From Bacteroidota bacterium (GTDB taxonomy: Bacteria > Bacteroidota > Bacteroidia > Chitinophagales > Chitinophagaceae), in contig JAPLEL010000098.1 of the NCBI GenBank assembly GCA_026391415.1, forward strand, positions 1,162-65,161: a stretch of 64,000 nt of DNA, written 5' to 3'. The notes beneath the pieces are model-generated. The model had not been told where the DNA came from, did not search any database, and worked only from the letters and a program-made list of their open reading frames with translations. Position numbers and translations under genes: made by a program. Shown one piece after another: positions 10,757 through 20,375 of the stretch. Each line of letters opens with the position of its first letter. The stretch's first letter is position 1.

Positions 10757-11767
10757 ATGAGTAACGCAGAAAAACTAAAAGCTTTAAAGCTAACGATTGA
10801 TAAAATCGATAAAGATTATGGTAAAGGCAGTGTAATGATGATGAACGAAAGAAATCAAGACCCAATGGAAGTAATTTCTACAGGATCCATTGGTTTAGAC
10901 GCTGCTTTAGGCGTAGGGGGTTTACCAAAAGGAAGGGTTATTGAAATATACGGACCAGAATCTTCTGGTAAAACAACCATTGCTATTCATGTAATTGCCG
11001 AAGCACAAAAGAAAGGTGGAATGTGTGCGTTTATTGATGCAGAACACGCATTCGATAGTGCATATGCTAAAAAATTAGGGGTAGATGTAGATAATTTATT
11101 GATCTCTCAACCTGATTATGGCGAGCAAGCACTAGAAATTGCTGACCGATTAATTTTATCAGGCGCCTTAGATGTGGTGGTAATTGACTCGGTGGCAGCC
11201 CTGGTTCCAAAAAGCGAATTAGAGGGAGAAATGGGCGATAGTAAAATGGGTTTACACGCAAGACTAATGAGTCAAGCGCTTAGAAAACTAACCGCAACCA
11301 TTAATAAAACCAACACAATCTGTATTTTCATCAACCAATTGCGCGAAAAAATCGGGGTAATGTTTGGAAATCCAGAAACTACCACAGGTGGTAATGCGCT
11401 TAAATTCTATGCATCAGTTCGTTTAGATATTAGAAGAATGTCTCAAATAAAAGACGGAGATGCTGCAGTAGGTAATCACGTGAAAGTAAAAGTGGTAAAA
11501 AACAAAGTAGCACCGCCGTTTAGGGCCGCCGAGTTTGATATTATTTTTGGAGAAGGGATAAGTAAAATGGGTGAGATTGTAGATATGGGTGTAGAATTAG
11601 GTATCGTTAACAAAAGCGGTAGCTGGTTTAGTTATGAATCGAATAAACTAGGTCAGGGTAGAGAATCGGTGAAAGGTTTATTGCACGATAACCCAGAACT
11701 AGCCAAAGAAATAGAAGGAAAAATAAGGGCAAAAATTAATGAAGTAAAAATTGCCGCTGAAGCTTAA
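10757..11767 (+). CDS. recA: recombinase RecA
   Basis: Walker A motif GPESSGKTT and collinear RecA core sequence across the ORF. Confidence 0.98.
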   Translation: MSNAEKLKALKLTIDKIDKDYGKGSVMMMNERNQDPMEVISTGSIGLDAALGVGGLPKGRVIEIYGPESSGKTTIAIHVIAEAQKKGGMCAFIDAEHAFDSAYAKKLGVDVDNLLISQPDYGEQALEIADRLILSGALDVVVIDSVAALVPKSELEGEMGDSKMGLHARLMSQALRKLTATINKTNTICIFINQLREKIGVMFGNPETTTGGNALKFYASVRLDIRRMSQIKDGDAAVGNHVKVKVVKNKVAPPFRAAEFDIIFGEGISKMGEIVDMGVELGIVNKSGSWFSYESNKLGQGRESVKGLLHDNPELAKEIEGKIRAKINEVKIAAEA

Positions 11768-11807
11768 TAGTATTTATTATCGTTTTATGTGTGGTTAGTA
11801 AGCACGG

Positions 11808-11836
11808 GCCATCCTTTTTTAGGGGTGGCTTTTTTT
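11808..11836 (+). terminator. rho-independent terminator candidate after recA
   Basis: Stem GCCATCC/GGGGTGGC followed by a T run. Confidence 0.55.
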
Positions 11837-11965
11837 ATAGCCAAACTTTTAAAAATCCTCTTCAAATAAAAAAACGGTAAAAAGTCAAATTTATTTGTCA
11901 TTTTATAGAAAAAAGCCAAGGAATTGGCGTTATTTTTACCCACCCCTAAACGAACAGCATCTCTG

Positions 11966-13150
11966 ATGAAGGCAAATTCATACTTTCCAGCCCTAACTGG
12001 CGTACGTTCAATAGCCGCTTTTTTTGTGTTTTTTCATCACTACAATCAACTAGATTTTTCTTTTCCAATTCAAAGAACCCTCAACGAGTTTCATGTTGGG
12101 GTAACATTGTTTTTTGTTTTGAGCGGGTTTTTAATTTGTATGCGCTATTATGAAAACAGCGAAATAACCAGCTCTTGGTTTAGGAAATACATTAAGAATA
12201 GAATTGCGCGCATTTATCCCATGTATTTATTTTTAACCCTACTTACGTTCTTATTGTTTTTTTTAGTTGGAGGGGAGGCCTCGGTTATGGGTGCGACCCA
12301 ATCGCCGATACTAATTCTTTTTTTAAATATATTTTTTATTAGGGGATTTTTTGACGATCTAAAATTCACGGGTGTTGGACAGGGCTGGACCTTAACCGTA
12401 GAAGAATGCTTTTATTTATTAGCGCCTATTATATTTATTGGCATAAAGAAAAATAAAAAAAATCTAATTTATTATCCATTGATGCTTTTGATGTTTGGTA
12501 TAACAATGGTGCTAGTTTTTTCAAATTTTTCTATTTTCGGTTTCTTTAAAAACTTTCAATTTTTATTTATCTATACTTTTTTTGGTCGTTGTATTGAGTT
12601 TTTTATTGGAATGAAACTTGCGTTAATTGTTTTAGAAAGAAACGACAAACTTGTTGCGCGTCCCGTTTTTACAACCATGGGTTTATTGGGCATGGCATTA
12701 GCAGTTTCGATACTTGTTTTTCTCCCATTAAATGGTAGAGAATTTGGATTATACCATCCGTTTGGAATATTTACAAATAATATTATTTTACCAATAGCCG
12801 TTGCTATTTTATATTATGGTTTAATAATAGAAAAATCATGGCTGCAAAAATTTCTATCTTCTACAACCATGCAACTATTGGGTAAAAGCTCTTATATTTT
12901 TTACCTGATTCATATAGGCGTGATTGCAAATTTTATAAAAAATGTTTCAAGAGCTTTTATTGATCAACAGTTTAATTGGTTCGACAACCATGAATTAGAA
13001 TGGGTTCCAGAAAAACTAAACGATAGTGTACTTTATATAATACTGGTTTTTGTTTTATTAAACCTGGTATCAATTGTATTATATAAACTTATGGAAGAGC
13101 CCTTGAATTTAGCCATTAGAAAATCTGGTTTTTTAGAAAAAAAAAATTAA
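11966..13150 (+). CDS. acyltransferase family 3 membrane protein (OafA/YrhL-like)
   Basis: Polytopic membrane protein with the N-terminal PALTGVRSIAAFFVFFHH motif typical of acyltransferase_3. ATG at 11966 is preferred to the TTG at 11924. Confidence 0.8.
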   Translation: MKANSYFPALTGVRSIAAFFVFFHHYNQLDFSFPIQRTLNEFHVGVTLFFVLSGFLICMRYYENSEITSSWFRKYIKNRIARIYPMYLFLTLLTFLLFFLVGGEASVMGATQSPILILFLNIFFIRGFFDDLKFTGVGQGWTLTVEECFYLLAPIIFIGIKKNKKNLIYYPLMLLMFGITMVLVFSNFSIFGFFKNFQFLFIYTFFGRCIEFFIGMKLALIVLERNDKLVARPVFTTMGLLGMALAVSILVFLPLNGREFGLYHPFGIFTNNIILPIAVAILYYGLIIEKSWLQKFLSSTTMQLLGKSSYIFYLIHIGVIANFIKNVSRAFIDQQFNWFDNHELEWVPEKLNDSVLYIILVFVLLNLVSIVLYKLMEEPLNLAIRKSGFLEKKN

Positions 13151-13162
13151 TCCAATTATTTG

Positions 13163-14956
13163 ATGATAAATAATAACCAAACAAATCGTTTCTTAAGTAA
13201 CCAAAAATATTCAAACCAAATTTTTTTCTTTTTGGTTTATGTGATTTGTTGTTTATGCATAACAACAAACAAATCACTAGCAGCAATCAACCCGCTTAAA
13301 AAAACGCAAGGAGAAATAAAAATTTTAATTAAGCCCGTAGCGACTAACGGTTTATTTAACGAAAAATCGAAAGTAGAATACCATCTATTAATTGATAACG
13401 GACTTTTAGAAGCGCAAGAGGGCGCCATTGGCTATGTTGTTAAAAAAGAGGCCGTGGTTTTATTGCAAAACAGTTTTGATATAAATATTCCTGCCAAAAA
13501 AAAATTAAAAACCGTTTTTACAATTCCACACTCCGAAGAGGGCTCGTTTGACATTTATTTTACCATAGAGCTAAACAAAAAGATATCTACTATTAACTTC
13601 AAGTTTTCTTTTAGCAAATCAAAAAAGTTTGCAAAATCCTCAAAAGAAAAACAAGACGTCGAAGAGCCAAACGAAGAAGAGGGCGATATACAGGTAATTA
13701 TGAAACCGGTGAAAGCAGATGGGGTTTTTAAGGGTAAAAACCCCATCGTTTATAATGTACTAGTAAAAAACACGCACACCGACACTCAAGAAGGCACCAT
13801 TAGTTATACCGTAAAAGACGCAGTTAAAGGGGTTTTGTGGACCGAAAAAATCTATGATGTAAAGTTGGCTAAAAAAAGTTCTAAGCGCATGCAGTTTATT
13901 ATACCCGCTCCAGAAAAACCGGGTTTGTATAATATTGATTTAAACATTAATACAACTAGTTATGAAGATACAACGCGCCATAGTTTTGGATATGAAATAG
14001 ATTACATTAATAGCCCATTACATAAGCCAGCAGATTTTGATGCATTTTGGAACGATGCGCTTCAAGAACTTGCAAAAATTAATCCTGCATACCAAATTAC
14101 AGAGGCGCCCGAAAAAACAACAGCCGAATACAAAGTTTATAAGGTTGAAATGAACTCTTTAGAAAACGTAAAAATCTTTGGCTGGTTAACCATTCCAAAA
14201 ACATGGATTAAAGGAAAAAAATTTCCTGTGGTTGTAATATATCCAGGATATCAAGTAATGATGAACCCGCTGTTTTTTTACGATTATATTGGATTGAGTT
14301 TGAACGTGCGTGGTATGGATAAAAAAAGTGAAGCGTATCCCATTCCCGACGGAGAAGAAGTATTAACCTATAATATTCAAGAAAAGGAAAAATATATTTA
14401 TAGAGGTATATATATGGACTGTATTCGTGGTATTGATTTTTTGTTTGCCAACGAACACCTTGGTTTTGATTTAAATAGAATCACCGTATTAGGAGGAAGT
14501 CAGGGAGCATCGCTAGCACTGGTTGTTGCTGCCCTAAAAAATAAAATCATTAATACTTGTATTGCAGATGTGCCCATTTATTGTGATATGCATATGAATT
14601 TAGAAATGGAGCCACAAATAAAAGAAGAAGCATTTACTTTTAAATACATCAATCGTTTTTTAAATAAACAAGCGGGCGTTTTTACCAAAGAACAATTTTT
14701 ACAAAACTTCAGTTATTTTGAAGTGCAAAATTTTATCCCACAAATAAATTGTTCGGTATTAATGGCGGCCGCTTTTAAGGATGCCCTAGCACCAGCATCA
14801 ACGGTGTTTTGTGGGTTTAACAAATTGAATCCTAAGGTTCGTCAAAAAAGTGAAATTTATACCTTTCCAGATTTGGCGCACGAAATACCTGATGTACATA
14901 ATTTATTTAAAACCATTTGGATGACCGAGAAGTTGGCCAACCGTATTAAAAAATAA
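13163..14956 (+). CDS. acetylxylan esterase (AXE1/CE7-like) with a duplicated N-terminal module
   Basis: The C-terminal half looks like an alpha/beta hydrolase with the nucleophile elbow GGSQGAS. The N-terminal half has a signal-like segment and two paralogous modules of about 90 aa. Confidence 0.75.
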   Translation: MINNNQTNRFLSNQKYSNQIFFFLVYVICCLCITTNKSLAAINPLKKTQGEIKILIKPVATNGLFNEKSKVEYHLLIDNGLLEAQEGAIGYVVKKEAVVLLQNSFDINIPAKKKLKTVFTIPHSEEGSFDIYFTIELNKKISTINFKFSFSKSKKFAKSSKEKQDVEEPNEEEGDIQVIMKPVKADGVFKGKNPIVYNVLVKNTHTDTQEGTISYTVKDAVKGVLWTEKIYDVKLAKKSSKRMQFIIPAPEKPGLYNIDLNINTTSYEDTTRHSFGYEIDYINSPLHKPADFDAFWNDALQELAKINPAYQITEAPEKTTAEYKVYKVEMNSLENVKIFGWLTIPKTWIKGKKFPVVVIYPGYQVMMNPLFFYDYIGLSLNVRGMDKKSEAYPIPDGEEVLTYNIQEKEKYIYRGIYMDCIRGIDFLFANEHLGFDLNRITVLGGSQGASLALVVAALKNKIINTCIADVPIYCDMHMNLEMEPQIKEEAFTFKYINRFLNKQAGVFTKEQFLQNFSYFEVQNFIPQINCSVLMAAAFKDALAPASTVFCGFNKLNPKVRQKSEIYTFPDLAHEIPDVHNLFKTIWMTEKLANRIKK

Positions 14957-14960
14957 AAAA

Positions 14961-15782
14961 ATGAATCTAGCAACGCGTATTAGCATTTTATTAATATTGG
15001 TTTGTTTTTCAAATATGGTTAAAGCAGACTGGCCTGTTGGAAAAAAAAGACTGGTGCTTTCGCCGTCTTATAATTATTCTTCTACCTCTAGTTATTTTGA
15101 CCAAGACGGGAAGGTTAGAAACGCGGTTAATGGAGGACAATTTACCTCGAAAGGATTTGGACTCTATGGCGCCACCGGTGTTTCTAGAAGGGTGGATTTG
15201 TTTTTTAGTGTTCCAATGTCGTTTATCAATTCTTCAGATATTTTTTCGGAGCAAACAAAAACGGGTGTTGGAGATGTAATGGTTGGGGCCTCTTTTCATA
15301 CCCCATCCGAAAACCTAAAAAAATATTTTACCCTGAAAGCGCAGTTGATGATTCCCGCTTACAGCAATTTAACATCGCCATATTTGGGATATGGTTCAAA
15401 GGGTGCACAAATAGCCGCGAACTATTCTTTTTTGCCTAAAAAAGGAAATTTTGCAGTAGTTGAAGGATCGGTTGCCCGCTATTTTGATTTTGCTGATGGC
15501 CCCACTCAATTGGGTTTTAATACCAGCTATGGGTTTGAGTTACCAAAGTTTCAGTCCATAACACTTGCCTTTAATCACCTATCTTCTTTTAGTTCGAATA
15601 AAATATTTTCAACCAATTTAAATTCCAACAAAGACTATATGATGGGCAGGCTTTCTGGTTCATATGGTAGAAGAATCAGCCGAACCCTTACCCCATATAT
15701 ACAATTATCTTATTCTGTTTATGGAAGGAATGTAGGACGAGGTTTGAGTGCTTCTGTTTTTTGTTTGGTAAGACTTCCTTAA
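14961..15782 (+). CDS. exported protein, probable outer-membrane beta-barrel
   Basis: Signal peptide (ILLILVCFSNMVKA) and an alternating beta-strand-like composition. No family recognised. Confidence 0.5.
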   Translation: MNLATRISILLILVCFSNMVKADWPVGKKRLVLSPSYNYSSTSSYFDQDGKVRNAVNGGQFTSKGFGLYGATGVSRRVDLFFSVPMSFINSSDIFSEQTKTGVGDVMVGASFHTPSENLKKYFTLKAQLMIPAYSNLTSPYLGYGSKGAQIAANYSFLPKKGNFAVVEGSVARYFDFADGPTQLGFNTSYGFELPKFQSITLAFNHLSSFSSNKIFSTNLNSNKDYMMGRLSGSYGRRISRTLTPYIQLSYSVYGRNVGRGLSASVFCLVRLP

Positions 15783-16780
15783 ATTTAGCAGCAACGATAT
15801 TTTTTGCACCAATACCAATCAAACAAAAAAGGTTGATTTATTTTTTGCTACATCCTTTTATTCGGCTTGCCATAAAAATTTTTTGCTACAAAATTGTGGT
15901 GAACCGAACCGATTTTTTTAGTGAAGAAGGACCCATTTTAATTACCGCAAATCATCCGGATTCTTTTTTAGATGCCATTATTATTGCGGCATATTTTAAA
16001 CGACCCATTCATTTTTTAGCAAGGGGCGATGCTTTTAATAAACCCTGGCACAGCGTTTTATTAAGAACCCTTCACCTATTTCCGGTTTATAGATTAAGTG
16101 AGGGAAAAGAAAACCTAGGGCTCAATACTGCGGCCTTTGAAAACAGTAAAAAAGTGTTGCAACAAAATGGCGTTGTGCTAATTTTTATTGAGGGAATTTG
16201 TTTAAATAAAAATAGTTTGCAACCGTTTAAAAAAGGGGCAGCACGCATTGCCAATAAGTGTTGGGCAGACCAAATACCAGTAAGGATTTTACCTATTCGA
16301 CTTAACTATAATAGTTTTTCCAAATTTGGAAAAACAGTTTCTATGCAAGTTGGAAATTTTTTAACACAAAAAGAATTACAGGTGCATGAAGAGGAATCAA
16401 AAAATTATATTCACTTTAACCAGCAAGTGAACCAACAACTTGAAAACTTGCCCCCATTAAATATACCGATAGAAAACCCCAATAAAATATTTATACCACT
16501 AGGTTTATTGGGCAAATTTTTACACCGTCCTTTCTATCGCCTAATTCAAAACTTTGTGCAACAAAAAACAACAGGAACCGTATTTTATGATTCGGTTTTG
16601 TTTGGCGTTCTTTTTTTAATATATCCATTTTATTTATTGTTGATTGCGCAGGTTTTGGGTGTCTTTGGTTTTTCAACGGCTTTTATTGTTGGTATTTTAA
16701 TCCTGCATCCTATATCGGCTTATTTTGCTACCCAAAACAAGGCGAATGAAATAAGCGAGGCCAATCAATCGTTTCATTAG
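15761..16780 (+). CDS. lysophospholipid/glycerol-phosphate acyltransferase family protein (PlsC-like)
   Basis: Acyltransferase motif ANHPDSFLD plus FIEG and a C-terminal membrane segment. The start is uncertain; an in-frame TTG at 15833 is an alternative. Confidence 0.7.
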   Translation: MFGKTSLNLAATIFFAPIPIKQKRLIYFLLHPFIRLAIKIFCYKIVVNRTDFFSEEGPILITANHPDSFLDAIIIAAYFKRPIHFLARGDAFNKPWHSVLLRTLHLFPVYRLSEGKENLGLNTAAFENSKKVLQQNGVVLIFIEGICLNKNSLQPFKKGAARIANKCWADQIPVRILPIRLNYNSFSKFGKTVSMQVGNFLTQKELQVHEEESKNYIHFNQQVNQQLENLPPLNIPIENPNKIFIPLGLLGKFLHRPFYRLIQNFVQQKTTGTVFYDSVLFGVLFLIYPFYLLLIAQVLGVFGFSTAFIVGILILHPISAYFATQNKANEISEANQSFH

Positions 16781-16818
16781 TAGTTTTACACATTCAAACA
16801 ACGCATCAACAAATAGTT

Positions 16819-17283
16819 ATGGCCAACATTAAAACACTTGGAAAGCGAAAAAGAATTGCTTTGGTTGCACACGACCACAAAAAAATCGACCTGATTGAGT
16901 GGGCGGTGTACAACAAAACAGAATTGGCCAAGCACGAGTTGTTTGCAACAGGCACTACCGGAAAACTATTAGAAGAAGCACTTGATAGACCAGTAAAAAA
17001 AATGTTGAGCGGACCACTAGGTGGAGACCAACAAATTGGTGCGATGATTGCGCAAGGAGAAATTGATATCATGCTTTTTTTCTGGGATCCAATGGAAGCC
17101 CAACCACACGATAGCGATGTAAAAGCTTTATTAAGACTCTGTGTTACCTGGAATATTCCAATGGCCTGTGATAGGGCCACAGCAGACTTTATAGTGACCT
17201 CACCGTTTATGCACGATGAATATTTTGCAGCTCAACCCGATTATACTGGCTATTTAAACAGGCCTGTAAAAGACGAAGATTAA
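16819..17283 (+). CDS. mgsA: methylglyoxal synthase
   Basis: IALVAHDHKK, ATGTTG, GPLGGDQQIG and PHDSDVKALLRL are all MgsA hallmarks. Confidence 0.93.
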   Translation: MANIKTLGKRKRIALVAHDHKKIDLIEWAVYNKTELAKHELFATGTTGKLLEEALDRPVKKMLSGPLGGDQQIGAMIAQGEIDIMLFFWDPMEAQPHDSDVKALLRLCVTWNIPMACDRATADFIVTSPFMHDEYFAAQPDYTGYLNRPVKDED

Positions 17284-17286
17284 AAA

Positions 17287-18501
17287 CTATTCAATTACAG
17301 CAGGAATCAGGTTTTTATTTCGCATTTTTTGTAAACCGAAAAAGAAAATAAGCACCGCCAATATTCCAATGGCTGCTTCTCCTATAAGCATATAGCGACT
17401 ATTAAATTTGTCGTGCGTAAAACCATCAAAGGCAATCATTAATACAACGGGTAAATTGCCCAAAGAGCTTATTAATGAATATTTAGTAGCTGCGTTTTTT
17501 TTTCCAATTGCAAATAATATAATTGCGGTAAAAGCCGCATTCATTAAACCCAAACAAAACGCGTATACAGACACCCCAATTATAAAGAACAGCGATTGCA
17601 TAGGACAAAGGGCCATTAAAAAAGTAACCAAAGCACAAAGCGTACCACAGCCCAAATAAGACTTCCAAACCCCCCATTTATCTACAACTAAGCCACCCAC
17701 CAAACAACCCGTTAAACCCATCAATCCATTTACTACCCCGTTAACCAAAGCAACGGTATTGGCGTTGGTTTTCCAGTCTTGTGCTATTGCAGACCAAATA
17801 TTTGAGGCGCCCCCCGTACCAATTGGGGCAAGTATTAAAATAATTATAAACAACACTACCGGCACCTTTAACATAGCAAACAAATTTTTACCAAGCGCCA
17901 ATATTTCTTCATGAATTGTTTGTTGTAGTGAACTTTTCAGGTCTGGTATAAAAAAAATTGCAGCGCCCAAAGCCACTGAAATAGCACACATAATTATCCC
18001 AGAAGCCCCCGAACCATAATGGGTTAAAAGCCAAAGACCAGCACCACCTCCTGCACCAATTCCCAAAATCATTCCGCCTTGTAAGCAACCCGATGCAAAC
18101 CCTTTTCTGCGCTCCTCAATACTTTTTGCCATAAACCCACTTACGGGCAAAAACAAAAAATTCGAGGCTATTTGAGAGATAAAAACAATAATGGTTAGCA
18201 GTGTAATGCCCTTAATGGTGAAAGGGGTTGTAGCTAAAACCAACAGCGCTCCAATTGTAGCAAGCAGGCTTATGATATACCATTTGCGCAAACTAAGCGT
18301 GGTGTCAACAATTGGCCCAAATACAAACCGTAACATACTAGCCGACGCGCCAACAGCAACAACTTCGGCGGTTTGGCCAACAGAGAAGCCGTTTTGGATT
18401 AGTTGGTAAGGAAGCGCAACAGATACAAAGCCTGAACTAATTCCAAAAGGAATGATCAGAAAAAAAATAAAAAATGGGTTGATAAATTTTTGTGGGTTCA
18501 T
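17287..18501 (-). CDS. MFS transporter (AmpG-like)
   Basis: About 12 hydrophobic segments. The N-terminal region (GPIVDTTLSLRKWYII) resembles AmpG/PAT-type MFS proteins. Confidence 0.7.
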   Translation of the reverse strand: MNPQKFINPFFIFFLIIPFGISSGFVSVALPYQLIQNGFSVGQTAEVVAVGASASMLRFVFGPIVDTTLSLRKWYIISLLATIGALLVLATTPFTIKGITLLTIIVFISQIASNFLFLPVSGFMAKSIEERRKGFASGCLQGGMILGIGAGGGAGLWLLTHYGSGASGIIMCAISVALGAAIFFIPDLKSSLQQTIHEEILALGKNLFAMLKVPVVLFIIILILAPIGTGGASNIWSAIAQDWKTNANTVALVNGVVNGLMGLTGCLVGGLVVDKWGVWKSYLGCGTLCALVTFLMALCPMQSLFFIIGVSVYAFCLGLMNAAFTAIILFAIGKKNAATKYSLISSLGNLPVVLMIAFDGFTHDKFNSRYMLIGEAAIGILAVLIFFFGLQKMRNKNLIPAVIE

Positions 18502-18554
18502 TTGTTTTTATCAGAATAAATTAAGTAATCCCGATTTTGTTTTACAATATAGCC

Positions 18555-19343
18555 CTATTCCGTCCATAAACTACCACAAGAATAAGTTTTTGCGTGTCCA
18601 CTAATAAAAACCCTGTCCTCTTTGTTTTCACAGAAAAGGGTACCAAACCTTTCTGAAACCTGACAGGCGGTTAGTATGTTTTTATTAAGCTTATCGGCCC
18701 AAAAAGGGATTAAAGAACAGTGAGAAGAACCAGTAACATGGTCTTCTAAAATAGAGGCTTGCGGTGTAAAAAATCTGGAAACAAAATCGCAATGATCTCC
18801 AACGGCGGTTACAATTACCCCGCCCACCCCTAAATTTATTCGGTCTAAAAACTGTCTATCGATTTTAATTTTTCTCACTTCGGTTTCATTGTTATACACC
18901 AACACAAAGTCTCTTGATTTCAACACTTCTTTGGGTTGAATATTCAGCGCGTTCTGAATATTTTCCGGCAAATTATTGGGCGTTGGCATTCTTGAGGGGA
19001 AATCCATTTTGTAAAGATCCTGTTCTACTAAAACGGTTAAATCGCCACTAAGCGTTTCAAAAACAATCGTATCGCTTTTGTAGTTAAGAATTGTTTTTAA
19101 GCAATGAACTGTTGCAAGTGTAGCATGGCCACACAAGTCCATTTCAATCTCGGGTGTAAACCAACGTAAATGAATTTTGTTGCCCTTGTCTACAAAAAAA
19201 GCGGTTTCAGGAACAGCGTTTTCTTTGGCTATTTTCAACAATATTTCGTTTGATGGCCACTCGCTAAGCGGAACAACACAGGCAGGGTTTCCACCAAAGG
19301 TTTTTTGGGTAAAAGCGTCAATTTGATAGAGGTCTAATTTCAT
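18555..19343 (-). CDS. PhzF family isomerase
   Basis: The N-terminus YQIDAFTQKTFGGNPACVV and the overall length are typical of the PhzF family. Confidence 0.85.
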   Translation of the reverse strand: MKLDLYQIDAFTQKTFGGNPACVVPLSEWPSNEILLKIAKENAVPETAFFVDKGNKIHLRWFTPEIEMDLCGHATLATVHCLKTILNYKSDTIVFETLSGDLTVLVEQDLYKMDFPSRMPTPNNLPENIQNALNIQPKEVLKSRDFVLVYNNETEVRKIKIDRQFLDRINLGVGGVIVTAVGDHCDFVSRFFTPQASILEDHVTGSSHCSLIPFWADKLNKNILTACQVSERFGTLFCENKEDRVFISGHAKTYSCGSLWTE

Positions 19344-19415
19344 AATGAGGGTTTAAAGATTATTTCTTCAATGTTGTGCCCTAATTACACAAAACCTTTT
19401 TTATAGGCAGGCCAA

Positions 19416-19829
19416 TTAGAGTCTAGAACACAGTTCATTTGGAGTCAAAACAAGTATTTCACATGCTTTAAAATCTTTTACATTTCGAGTTACTATACAG
19501 TCCATTTTATCAATAGATGTTGCGCAATAAATTTGTATAGAATCTTCAAAGTCCTTTTGCTTTGACCTTAAGCCTTTTGTAAGCACTTCTGTGTCAACTG
19601 AAATTATTGTCATATATTCAATTAAGCCTAAAAGGGTTTTACGAAGAGAACTATCATCTATAAACTTCTTTAATAAATAATAGGTTGTTGCTATGGAATG
19701 AGATGAAGCAAAAAGTTTTACTTTCTTGTTTTCTGATGCGTTGAAAATTTCAACAGCATATTTGCTAAAAGGCTTTCGATCGGCTAACAGATCCACCAAA
19801 ATATTAGTATCAACGAAAATCTTTTTCAT
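19416..19829 (-). CDS. PIN-domain toxin (VapC-like)
   Basis: The N-terminus FVDTNILVDLL carries the PIN acidic residue. There is a 4-nt overlap with the upstream small antitoxin ORF. Confidence 0.8.
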   Translation of the reverse strand: MKKIFVDTNILVDLLADRKPFSKYAVEIFNASENKKVKLFASSHSIATTYYLLKKFIDDSSLRKTLLGLIEYMTIISVDTEVLTKGLRSKQKDFEDSIQIYCATSIDKMDCIVTRNVKDFKACEILVLTPNELCSRL

Positions 19830-20068
19830 AAGTGTTTTTTCTCCAAATAGTTTTGTAACTCCTTCTTTTCATCGAAGCCTTTCGGAAGCTTAACTGCCCC
19901 AATTAATTTTTTTAACCTTGGAGAAATGTGTTGAGTGCTATTATCTTGAGTTAATGTGTCAAGATACTGTTCAATAAGTCTAGAAAGGCTTCTACCAGAA
20001 ACTTTAGCATAGGACTTTGCCCGCTCAATAACATCTTTCTCAACTGTGAGAGTGAGTTTAGTTGTCAT
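19826..20068 (-). CDS. antitoxin of the PIN toxin (DUF6364-like)
   Basis: 80-aa ORF from the ATG at 20068 (MTTKLTLTVEKDVIERAKSYAK...), translationally coupled to the PIN gene. The longer track ORF runs into a remnant of another gene. Confidence 0.7.
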   Translation of the reverse strand: MTTKLTLTVEKDVIERAKSYAKVSGRSLSRLIEQYLDTLTQDNSTQHISPRLKKLIGAVKLPKGFDEKKELQNYLEKKHL

Positions 20069-20113
20069 AGTACGTGTGTTTTTTTTAAAGATACGTACTA
20101 TGACAACTAAACT
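20055..20113. promoter_or_regulatory. perfect 21-bp inverted repeat spanning the antitoxin start codon
   Basis: AGTTTAGTTGTCATAGTACGT (20055-20075) is the exact reverse complement of ACGTACTATGACAACTAAACT (20093-20113), with a 17-nt spacer. The ATG at 20068 lies inside the left arm. Confidence 0.5.
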
Positions 20114-20132
20114 ATATGTTTTCATAATACTA

Positions 20133-20342
20133 TTTTTTCTCGTTAAAATATTTTATTCTCAAAGCTTCAGCTCTTTCAATTTCTGCTTTTGGGGTTTTGT
20201 CAGTTCTCTTTATGAAGCCATTTGACGAAACTACAATTGTATTTTGTCTATCAGATTTGTCCCAAAATGCAAACAATCTGATATATTGCTTATTATATAA
20301 AGTTCTAAATTCCCAAATTTCTCCATCAAGTTTTTTAAATAA
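20133..20342 (-). pseudogene. 5'-truncated remnant of a HigB/RelE-type (Gp49-like) toxin gene
   Basis: The stretch 20107-20344 aligns by eye at high identity with 24184-24421. The remnant encodes the last 70 codons (LFKKLDGEIWEFRTLYNKQYIRLFAFWDK...KYFNEKK). An in-frame TAA at 20343-20345 lies directly upstream and there is no start codon. Confidence 0.8.
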
Positions 20343-20375
20343 TTACATTTTCTCTAATGTATATGCTACAAAATA

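Noticed and set aside
15037-15279. 80-aa plus-strand ORF inside 14961..15782
   Set aside because: It is an alternative frame of the longer exported-protein ORF, and the longer ORF has a proper signal peptide.
17408-17677. ORFs on both strands within the MFS transporter gene
   Set aside because: They overlap a continuous 404-aa polytopic membrane ORF. These are typical alternative-frame artefacts of hydrophobic coding sequence.
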